Shown: positions 19,525-26,956 of the stretch, piece by piece
Numbering within the stretch: the stretch's first letter is position 1
Layout: each line of letters opens with the position of its first letter
Assembly: GCA_963705165.1 (NCBI GenBank)
Contig: CAVPJD010000017.1
Coordinates: 32,593 to 96,592 of the forward strand
Origin: an uncultured delta proteobacterium
Lineage (GTDB): Bacteria > Desulfobacterota > Syntrophia > Syntrophales > UBA2192
DNA: 64,000 nucleotides
Reading direction: 5' to 3'
Translations under genes and position numbers: made by a program
Notes under the pieces: generated by a model
What the model was told of the DNA's origin: nothing
Database searches by the model: none
The model's input: only the letters and a program-made list of their open reading frames with translations

Positions 19525-19857
19525 ATGCCCAAGAAAAAGGAAATTGGAAATTCAGCGAAAGGTGTGAGGCGTGTTGTTGCCGCCTTCAAGGCCCTGTCCA
19601 ATGAAACGCGCCTGGGTGTTTTTGAGCATATTCGTCTCGGGCTGGGAAAGGCATCCCTGAATCAGGAAATGCGTCCATCCGTCTGCAACGTGGCCAGCAA
19701 TTTTGATATTTCCCTGTCCACGATTTCCCATCACATCAAAGAACTCCGCAACGCCGACCTTATCCGCTGCGAACGACAGGGCCAGACGATTCTTTGACAG
19801 CCTGTGGAAGAAACCATCAGGATGATGGTGGAATACCTCACGGGCGATCATAAATAA
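19525..19857 (+). CDS. ArsR/SmtB-family regulator, probable selenoprotein (UGA at codon 91)
   Basis: FKALSNETRL, ISLSTISHHIKELRNADLI, CERQGQ. Readthrough of TGA 19795-19797 adds QPVEETIRMMVEYLTGDHK*, an amphipathic C-terminal helix. Confidence 0.8.
19801..19844 (+). promoter_or_regulatory. Candidate bacterial SECIS element
   Basis: Lower stem CCTGTGG/TCACGGG, upper stem ACCATCA/TGATGGT, GGA loop starting 22 nt after the UGA. Confidence 0.65.
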
Positions 19858-19910
19858 TCAATATATTCATATCTGTTATCATAATCATAAAAATATATGT
19901 AAATAATCTC

Positions 19911-19962
19911 TTGACAAAGGGATAATCCTCCTTATTATATATTTCGAAGTTCATATAATTAT
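19911..19962 (+). promoter_or_regulatory. Sigma70 promoter with overlapping putative ArsR operator (copy 2)
   Basis: TTGACA-N16-TATTAT; ATATATTTCGAAGTTCATATAATTAT at 19937-19962. Confidence 0.6.
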
Positions 19963-20032
19963 ACAATAGAGATAAATAAATCCCGTTGCCATTTTTCAAG
20001 CGTGGCCAGCGAGGAGGAAAAGGAGAAAAGTC

Positions 20033-20311
20033 ATGTCAATTAGTCAAGAAGCATCAAAAAACATCGGCACTATGTGTTGTGGACCCTGGACCCATCAACG
20101 GAATCCTGCTCGAAAAATGAAAATCGGCATTTTGCTGGTCACAATCGGCCTGATCTGGCTGGGGGCAAGGTTGGGACTGCTCGATTTTTCATGGCTGCAA
20201 GCGGTTCACTTCTGGCCCGCGGTATTCATTCTTTTAGGTGTCTGGATGGTCTATAAAGGGTTCAGGCAAGGAAAACCAAAAACAATTGACAGCAAAACGG
20301 AGGAGGTTTGA
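20033..20311 (+). CDS. Small two-TM membrane protein (LiaF-TM/DUF5668-like) with N-terminal CC pair
   Basis: AGGAG RBS; MCCG; GILLVTIGLIWL...FWPAVFILLGVWMV. Confidence 0.75.
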   Translation: MSISQEASKNIGTMCCGPWTHQRNPARKMKIGILLVTIGLIWLGARLGLLDFSWLQAVHFWPAVFILLGVWMVYKGFRQGKPKTIDSKTEEV

Positions 20312-20312
20312 A

Positions 20313-20558
20313 ATGGAAGCAATGCTGAGCAAGATGATGGAAGGATGCATGAAGGGTATGTCGGAGGAGGACAAGAAAAAAATGATGACCTGCGGGAAGA
20401 AAATGGCTGCGATGTTCTCATCTATGGGAATGAAGGACATGACCGAAGAGGGAAAGAAAGCGATGCGGGAAAAGATGATGGCCTGCTGCGGGAGCAAGAT
20501 GGAGCAGATGTCGGCCTGTTTCAAGAAGACAGGTTCAACATCCGATCAGGCGAGTTGA
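20313..20558 (+). CDS. Small Met/Cys-rich protein (81 aa, 18 Met, 5 Cys)
   Basis: GGAGGAGG RBS; coupled to the upstream stop; internal repeat MKGMSEEDKKKM / MKDMTEEGKKAM. Confidence 0.8.
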   Translation: MEAMLSKMMEGCMKGMSEEDKKKMMTCGKKMAAMFSSMGMKDMTEEGKKAMREKMMACCGSKMEQMSACFKKTGSTSDQAS

Positions 20559-20639
20559 GCGGAGAAGGCGTAAGAGCAGGATATGCGTTGTTCAAGGGAC
20601 CGGTTATGGTGACCGGTCCTTTGGTAGGAAAAACAAGCG

Positions 20640-21269
20640 ATGGAAATATCAGTGAAATGTCTCTACGCCGTCTTGGGTTGGGTTCTGTGGTGTACTCTCC
20701 ACAGCGCCCTAATCTCCACAACGGTGACAGATTTCGCAAAAAAGAAACTCGGTGGCGGCTTCCGCTTTTACCGACTGTTTTATAATGTCGTGTCTCTGGT
20801 GACGCTCATCCCCCTTGTCTACTATTCCCACATGCTTCGTGAAGCGCCGATCTTCCGCTGGGAAGGCCACCTGGGGACTGTTCAAGTCATCCTCTTGGTG
20901 GTTTCCGTCTATCTGTTCGTTGCCGGGGGCAAGCATTACAGCTGGGCAAGGTTTTGGGGGATTTCTCAAATCAAGGCGGGAGGGGCGGGCAGCTCTCTTG
21001 ATGACAGCAGTACGTTCGTCGTATCGGGCATCCACCGGATCATCCGCCATCCCTGGTATTTGGGCGGCATCCTGATCGTATGGGCGCGAGACATGAGTGC
21101 ATCGACGATCCTGATCAACATGGTCATCAGTGTCTATTTCATGATCGGGGCTGTTCTGGAAGAGCGGAAACTGGTGATCGAGTTCGGCGAGAAATACCGG
21201 GAATACTGTCGGTCCGTTTCGATGCTTTTTCCTTGGCGATGGCTGAAATCGAGGATTGAAGGAGGTTAA
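20640..21269 (+). CDS. Membrane methyltransferase, ICMT/MddA/NnrU-like family
   Basis: HSAL, YRLFYN, GIHRIIRHPWY, EERKLV.EFG..Y..Y...V.M. Confidence 0.85.
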   Translation: MEISVKCLYAVLGWVLWCTLHSALISTTVTDFAKKKLGGGFRFYRLFYNVVSLVTLIPLVYYSHMLREAPIFRWEGHLGTVQVILLVVSVYLFVAGGKHYSWARFWGISQIKAGGAGSSLDDSSTFVVSGIHRIIRHPWYLGGILIVWARDMSASTILINMVISVYFMIGAVLEERKLVIEFGEKYREYCRSVSMLFPWRWLKSRIEGG

Positions 21270-21574
21270 ACACCTATTTTCACGGACTGTGTCATCGTCA
21301 ATAGAATCATAGTCAGGCAGTCCAGATGATAAGAAATTCCTTTTTTACGGTGGGGGCATGGGAAGAGCGGTCTTGTGTGTCGAGGGTCCCGATAGAGGTG
21401 ACGATTACGCATTGAATCTCGCATCTTCGTCGATGTTGACGTTTTGTTGCTTTCAGGAAGCTATCGTTCATCAAACGCCGCCTGCTGTCTTCATCTATCC
21501 TCGTCCTCGGTCCCTTCTTTCTCTTGCATCGGCCAGTGATCACTGCCGCGCAGCGGCCCTGCACACTCCTCCGA

Positions 21575-22702
21575 TCAGCCGCCGTTTTTCAGCATGCCTT
21601 TCGCCTTCAGCGACTCCGCGATGATCTTTGCCACCTCGGCATTGCCTTTGGGCGTGAAGTGCCCGATGGAGCCGTCGGGCCGGTGGATGTAGTAGTCCCG
21701 GTAGACCGTTGCCAGGGGACGGCCCTGGGGAAGGGCCTCGAGCAGATCGACAAAGGGGATCTCCAGCTTCGCATAGAGGGCCCTGAGGTGCGCGGTCTGA
21801 GGCTCGCTTTTCCCCTTCGAGAGCGCCTCGCCGTTCTCGAAGACCTGCCCCGGGGGGATGTGGACGACGAGGAGTTTCGTGCCGGTCTTGTCCAGATCTT
21901 CCTTCAGGCGCACGAGCAGGTATTCCACGAGACGGTCCGTCTCCTCGTAATAGCCGTTATTCCCCGGGAGCGTCGAGAGAAGCTTTCGCACGCGGTTCTT
22001 CACGAACACCCAGGCATAGCTCCCGTTGCCGTTGAGGGAATTCTTCAGGGACGCATAGACTTCCTTCGGCGGCGGCACGGGGACATTCTCGAGGACGTAC
22101 TGCCCGGTTTTCCCATCGCGCCGGAAGATCGGCTTGCTGTAGGAGTAGAAGGAAAGCCGCGTCCGGTCGTAATCGTGGGGATAGATCCCCAGGACGACGA
22201 CGTCGGGCCGCAGCGGCTGGCCGTAACGCTCGTATTTCAGCAGCATCTGGTCGATCCCGTAGCTGCCCACGCCCATGTTGAAAACCTCCGCCGCCCGCCG
22301 GCCCTGGAGGATCTTTTCCAGGTAGTAAGGGAAGTGCTCGTCTTCCCCCGCCTCGATGCCCCAGGTGAAGCTGTCGCCGATCGTGATGACCCGGAACATC
22401 CCGGCCGGTTTGGGCCCGGTCTTGCGCGGCCCCCGGATCCGCGAGGCCGCGATCTGGTAGTCCCAGCCGAGTTGCGGGTCGTAGTTGGCGTTGTTCCAGG
22501 CGTCCTTCGTGGCGTGCTTCTCGAGGAAGACGTGCTGAAAGTAGGTGTCGGCGATCTCCGGGACGGTTTCGATCCCCTCGTAGAGTTTCGACTTCTGGGT
22601 TGCCGTGACCCGGAGGTAGGCCTCGAGCCCCCCGGCAACGAGACCGATCGCGATGATCATGACGATGAATTCGGTGATGATGGACGGGGAACGTCTGGTC
22701 AT
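21575..22702 (-). CDS. Membrane-anchored SGNH/GDSL hydrolase or acyltransferase
   Basis: N-terminal TM helix; IGDSFTWG (block I), NMGVGSYG (block II), DGSIGHFTPKGN (block V). Confidence 0.85.
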   Translation of the reverse strand: MTRRSPSIITEFIVMIIAIGLVAGGLEAYLRVTATQKSKLYEGIETVPEIADTYFQHVFLEKHATKDAWNNANYDPQLGWDYQIAASRIRGPRKTGPKPAGMFRVITIGDSFTWGIEAGEDEHFPYYLEKILQGRRAAEVFNMGVGSYGIDQMLLKYERYGQPLRPDVVVLGIYPHDYDRTRLSFYSYSKPIFRRDGKTGQYVLENVPVPPPKEVYASLKNSLNGNGSYAWVFVKNRVRKLLSTLPGNNGYYEETDRLVEYLLVRLKEDLDKTGTKLLVVHIPPGQVFENGEALSKGKSEPQTAHLRALYAKLEIPFVDLLEALPQGRPLATVYRDYYIHRPDGSIGHFTPKGNAEVAKIIAESLKAKGMLKNGG

Positions 22703-22754
22703 GGAGAGGCCTTTCTTCGGACTGTTGCCTGGAGGACTGTGAAACAATTTTGCC

Positions 22755-22893
22755 GGCGAAAAAGCGCTTTGCGACGGTTCTAAGGCTCGCTGCGCTGCGG
22801 CCGCAAAAACTCGCCCTTCGGGCTCAAACAGTTTGCGCCGCGGTCGCTCCGCTTCGCCAAGATCCGTTCGCGCAAAGGCGCTTTAACTTCGCC
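22755..22893. repeat. Long imperfect palindrome (REP/MITE-like or structured RNA)
   Basis: Nested pairs GGCGAA/TTCGCC, AAAGCGC/GCGCTTT, TTTGCG/CGCAAA, ACGG/CCGT, CGCAAA/TTTGCG. Confidence 0.65.
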
Positions 22894-23022
22894 TTGCAAA
22901 ACCGTTTCAAAGTCCTCTTCCCGGTAAAACAAGCATTGCAACAGCCCGGTTCATATTTATGTTGTTGCATTGGTTGCAACCGTCGCAGACCATAAAACAG
23001 CCGGCGGGGATTTGCAATAAAT

Positions 23023-23049
23023 AAAGACCCCGCATCGGGCGGGGTCTTC
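23023..23049 (-). terminator. Terminator after pgaD
   Basis: AAGACCCCGC/GCGGGGTCTT hairpin, followed by a T-rich tract on the minus strand. Confidence 0.6.
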
Positions 23050-23078
23050 CCCGTTGGCCGCCTTGACCGGGCGGCCCG

Positions 23079-23546
23079 TCAATCTTTCGCGGTGATCCGG
23101 TACAGGGGGCCCTCGACGCGGATCTCCATGCGGTGGGACTTGCGGATCTCCTCCATAGCCGTGATGTCCGTGCCGAGGAGTCCCGCCATCTCCACGTCGC
23201 TGCTGATCCGGACCTGGCCTCCGCGCCTCTCCCCCCGTCGCAGAAACCAGAGGTAGTTGTAGTAGGTCCAGCCCGTGACAATCAGGAGAACCACCAGCAC
23301 GGTGATCCCGCCGTTTGCGAGCAGCCGGAGGAGTTCCTCGTAGCCCTTGGCGCCGATGATCTGGTCGAAGATCGTCTGGATGCCGAAGATCCACAGCACC
23401 AGCGTGAACATCGGCAGCAGAAGGTAGAGATAGATCCCCCAGCAGACGACGGTGATGAAGTCCTCGACGATCCTCCGGAGAGGAGATTTCACTTCGTCTT
23501 GGACGAAGACTTCAAGGTGTGGAGGCCCCTGTCCGGGCTTTTCCAT
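23079..23546 (-). CDS. pgaD: Poly-beta-1,6-GlcNAc biosynthesis protein PgaD
   Basis: AAGGAGG RBS inside pgaC; two TM helices; WTYYNY..F....RR; position after pgaC. Confidence 0.85.
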   Translation of the reverse strand: MEKPGQGPPHLEVFVQDEVKSPLRRIVEDFITVVCWGIYLYLLLPMFTLVLWIFGIQTIFDQIIGAKGYEELLRLLANGGITVLVVLLIVTGWTYYNYLWFLRRGERRGGQVRISSDVEMAGLLGTDITAMEEIRKSHRMEIRVEGPLYRITAKD

Positions 23547-24805
23547 CTGATCGTCACCTCCTTGCTCTGGAATGTGTAATTGTAGACGCCCTTGATGGCC
23601 GCCAGCGACGACAGGATCCAGTACCCCACGGGATACCAGATCACGAAGAAATAATACTTGGCGAAGGCCTTGTTCTCGTATCGGTAATCGATGTAGAAGC
23701 TCGTCATAAACTCGCAGAGGCACGCAAACCCCAGGATGGCCCCGTACCAGCGGGGGTACAGGGGGTTCCAACCGGCGAAGAACTTCTGGTAGACCTCCAG
23801 AACGGGCGTGCAGATCGGCACCTGGGCGAAGTGGCACAGGCCATCCATGACGAGGAAAAAGAGCCAGAGAAACACCATGGCCATGAAGGTGTGGGCCCAC
23901 AACAGCCCAAGGCAGTACTCGATGTAAACCGGTATCAGACGGCGATGACGGTGGTCCTTCCAGATGTCGAGATGCTTTCGGAGCACCTCCACGCCGCCCT
24001 GGGCCCATCGCACCCGCTGGCGCCACAGGCCGTTGAGGGTCTCGGGGACAAGGATCCAGCACAGGGCCCTCGGCTCGTAGCGGATGTCCCAGAACTTGCG
24101 CTGCAGCTTCCAGGTGATGTCGATGTCCTCGGTGACGGTGTCGCTGTCAAAGAGGCCGCACTCGATGACGGCGCTCTTGCGGTAGGCCGCGATCACGCCG
24201 GAAACGGTGAGGACCTTCCCGAGGATCCGCTGGGTACGCTTGATGAGCCCGATGATGTTGGAGTACTCGCCGACCTGGATTTTCGCCAGCAGCGAGGTCC
24301 GGTTGCGCACGCGGGGGTTTCCCGTGACGGCGCCCACCCGGGGGTAGTTCACCAGGTGAGTGGCCATCCACAGAAGAACGTCCTTGTCGACGAGGCAGTC
24401 GGCGTCGATCGTGAGCATGAACTCGCCGCGGCTCACCAGGATCGCGGCGTTGAGGGCTTTCGATTTTCCGCTGTTGGGCTCCAGTTGAATGATCCGCAGC
24501 CAGCTCGAGTTTTCCGCGACGAGCCGATCGAGGATCTCCCGCGTGGCGTCGGTGCTCCCGTCGTTGACGACGATGACTTCGTAGTTGGGGTAGTTGAGGT
24601 CCTTGAGGTTGAGGACCGTCTCCTCGATGACCTGCTCCTCGTTGTGGCCGGGGACGATGACGGTGAAGTAGGGGAAGTACTCCAGCCCCGGATCCGTCTT
24701 GCCCTCATGCCGCAGGCTGAACATGATGCCCCCGATCATCCACACGATGCTCATGTAGAGCGGGTAGAGGAAGACGAAGAGCCCGATGATTTCGTATATC
24801 GACAT
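23489..24805 (-). CDS. pgaC: Poly-beta-1,6-GlcNAc synthase PgaC (GT2)
   Basis: HNEE, NDGSTD, GKSKALN, IDAD, VTGNPRVRNR, TEDIDITW, QRVRWAQGG. Confidence 0.95.
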   Translation of the reverse strand: MSIYEIIGLFVFLYPLYMSIVWMIGGIMFSLRHEGKTDPGLEYFPYFTVIVPGHNEEQVIEETVLNLKDLNYPNYEVIVVNDGSTDATREILDRLVAENSSWLRIIQLEPNSGKSKALNAAILVSRGEFMLTIDADCLVDKDVLLWMATHLVNYPRVGAVTGNPRVRNRTSLLAKIQVGEYSNIIGLIKRTQRILGKVLTVSGVIAAYRKSAVIECGLFDSDTVTEDIDITWKLQRKFWDIRYEPRALCWILVPETLNGLWRQRVRWAQGGVEVLRKHLDIWKDHRHRRLIPVYIEYCLGLLWAHTFMAMVFLWLFFLVMDGLCHFAQVPICTPVLEVYQKFFAGWNPLYPRWYGAILGFACLCEFMTSFYIDYRYENKAFAKYYFFVIWYPVGYWILSSLAAIKGVYNYTFQSKEVTIRWKSPDRGLHTLKSSSKTK

Positions 24806-24919
24806 AGTTCCTGTCGGCGGGGGCGGGCTTGCTGCAGGGTCCCGTCCCGCCGGCTTTCCTGAATGGGTCCGTTACGGGTTCTGGCTGAACAGAATCCTGA
24901 ACAGCCCCTCGAATACGCC

Positions 24920-26956
24920 CTACGGGGCAACCGCCGGCGGCGGCGCCTCCCGCTTCACCTCGGAATTTCCCGAGAGAATCGAGGATATCTTTTTTACGTC
25001 CGGCCTGTTCCGATAAACGTCGTCGGGATAGTAGGCCACGTTGTGCGCACCGATGGAGAGCAGAAACGTGATGTCCTGCTTCAAGGCCCGGTCGTTGAGC
25101 CAGGTCTTCCTTTTCCAGTCGTAGGCCTGGAGCTTGTAGATGATTTTCGAGGCCTGCTCGCGGCCCCCCGCGGCATTGAAGAGCTCGCGGTACCACTTGC
25201 GGCTGTTCCACTTCCCTTCCATCGCCGCATAGGCCATGATCACGGTGTAATCGTACTTTTCGAGATAGCTCTTGAAATCCTGGGCGAACCAGGCCTTCGA
25301 TTCCGGGTTCGTGACGGCCTCGGCGTAGATGTTGCGGGCGATGGCCGCCTCGGGCCGATAAACCCGGACGGTCTTGACGATCTCGTCGATGTGACGGTCG
25401 AGGGCCTCCGTTTTGAAGGCGACCCACTTCGCCTTCAGTTCCTTGTCCGCCTGCAGCTTCTCCGGCTCCGGCGCAAAGCCGTAGCGCTTGCGGAAGGCCT
25501 CGACGGCGGCGGGGTGGAAATCCTCCTCTTCGGCCAGGTAGGCATCATCCTGGATGAGGATCCCGTCCAGGTGGACAATCGCGGCAAGGTCGCGAAAAAT
25601 CGTGCGGGCTTTTTCCAGGCTGCGGGTATCGAAGGGCGTCAGGCGCCGGTACCACGAACCGCTCACACCGACCTTTCCGTTCTTCCATTCCCTGACCTTG
25701 AGCTCCTCGTTGAGCGCTTTGTCCGGCAGCTCGAAAGAAAGGACGGGCATCCACACGAACACTTTGATTTCCCGCAACTGGATTCGGTTGACGGCGTGTC
25801 CCAGGAAGTCCATCTCGACGGGCAGCACGGAGTTTTGGAAATAGAGAGAGCGCACGTTGCCCGTCCCCTCGACATCGGAAAATCCCTGCAGGAAAACCGT
25901 ATTCACACCCATCGCGACGAGCCTGTCGATGAGCAGACCCAGGTTGCGGTCGCTTTCTTCGAAGGAGTTTTTGTTGACGATCTGGTCCAGATCGACCTGC
26001 ACGGCCCGGATGCGGGTCTTCGGCTTGAAGCCTTCGGCCAGATTCTCCTTGAACAAGGCGGGCCAGCCGGCCTCAGTCTGCAGATAATACCGGTTGAGCC
26101 GATCCAGGCTCGAAAGGCGCGAATACCCGTCCTCGAGGGTAAGGATCATGTCGAATCCGAGCTTTTTGGCCTCTTCGATCCCGATCCCCGTGAACGCGCC
26201 GTAGGGCCAGGTGAGAATCCGGGGCCGCGCTCCAAGCCGAGCAGAGAGGATCTCGATGCTGCGGGCCAGATCGCTGCGGAGTCGCTCCCGGAACTCCTCG
26301 TCCGTTTCGTAGCGCCCCAGCGCGGGCAGATAGGCGAAGGTGGAGGGTGCGGGCTCCATGTTTCCGACGGGGTTGGACTGTACCATCCTGTGGAGCCCCC
26401 AGCTGTGGGAGGCGATCGTGACGAGCCCCGAGTCGGCCACCTCCCGGATCTCCCGCCAGTTCATGAACCGTTTGTCCTTGTACTCCATGGTGCCGGGGTA
26501 CTCGATCCAGGAGGGAACGACGGAGAGGACCGCATGGGCCCCGTAGCGCTTCAGAGCGGGGAGGACGAAGGTGTAAAAGCTCACGTACGAGTCGTCAAAG
26601 GTCAGCAGTACGGCCTTGTCCGGGAGCTTCGCCTTCCCTTCCTTTGCCGCCAGGATCTGCGCCGGGCTGACAAACGTGAACCCGTGGGCCTTCAGGTACT
26701 CGAGCTGCTCCAGGAAGTCCTTGCGGGAGATGTCGTCGTTCACAACCGGCGTTTCCGGAATGTCGTGATAGACGAGGGTCAGGAACGTGTCGGCCCCATG
26801 AGCGGATGATACCATCAGCGCAATCGCCATGACGACCGCGAGACTCAGGCGCAACAATCTCTTGCCTGCGGCCTGTTGCCTGTTGCCTGTTGCCTGTTTT
26901 TCAGAAGTACCAGTTGAGCGCAAGATATAATCCAAGGACATTTGTGTAATCCCCAT
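24920..26956 (-). CDS. pgaB: PNAG N-deacetylase/hydrolase PgaB; true start probably downstream of 26956
   Basis: LVYHD, LLTFDD, IASHSWGLH, WPYG; C-domain VDLD..., WMPVL, DGILIQDD, YYPDD. Confidence 0.93.
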   Translation of the reverse strand: MGITQMSLDYILRSTGTSEKQATGNRQQAAGKRLLRLSLAVVMAIALMVSSAHGADTFLTLVYHDIPETPVVNDDISRKDFLEQLEYLKAHGFTFVSPAQILAAKEGKAKLPDKAVLLTFDDSYVSFYTFVLPALKRYGAHAVLSVVPSWIEYPGTMEYKDKRFMNWREIREVADSGLVTIASHSWGLHRMVQSNPVGNMEPAPSTFAYLPALGRYETDEEFRERLRSDLARSIEILSARLGARPRILTWPYGAFTGIGIEEAKKLGFDMILTLEDGYSRLSSLDRLNRYYLQTEAGWPALFKENLAEGFKPKTRIRAVQVDLDQIVNKNSFEESDRNLGLLIDRLVAMGVNTVFLQGFSDVEGTGNVRSLYFQNSVLPVEMDFLGHAVNRIQLREIKVFVWMPVLSFELPDKALNEELKVREWKNGKVGVSGSWYRRLTPFDTRSLEKARTIFRDLAAIVHLDGILIQDDAYLAEEEDFHPAAVEAFRKRYGFAPEPEKLQADKELKAKWVAFKTEALDRHIDEIVKTVRVYRPEAAIARNIYAEAVTNPESKAWFAQDFKSYLEKYDYTVIMAYAAMEGKWNSRKWYRELFNAAGGREQASKIIYKLQAYDWKRKTWLNDRALKQDITFLLSIGAHNVAYYPDDVYRNRPDVKKISSILSGNSEVKREAPPPAVAP
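26871..26897. repeat. Heptamer tandem (GCCTGTT) x ~4 at the pgaA/pgaB junction
   Basis: Seen directly. Confidence 0.85.

Noticed and set aside
19525..19797. ArsR as a truncated pseudogene
   Set aside because: The frame continues to a natural end, promoter and operator are intact, and a SECIS-like hairpin follows the UGA. Recoding is the better reading, pending a read check.
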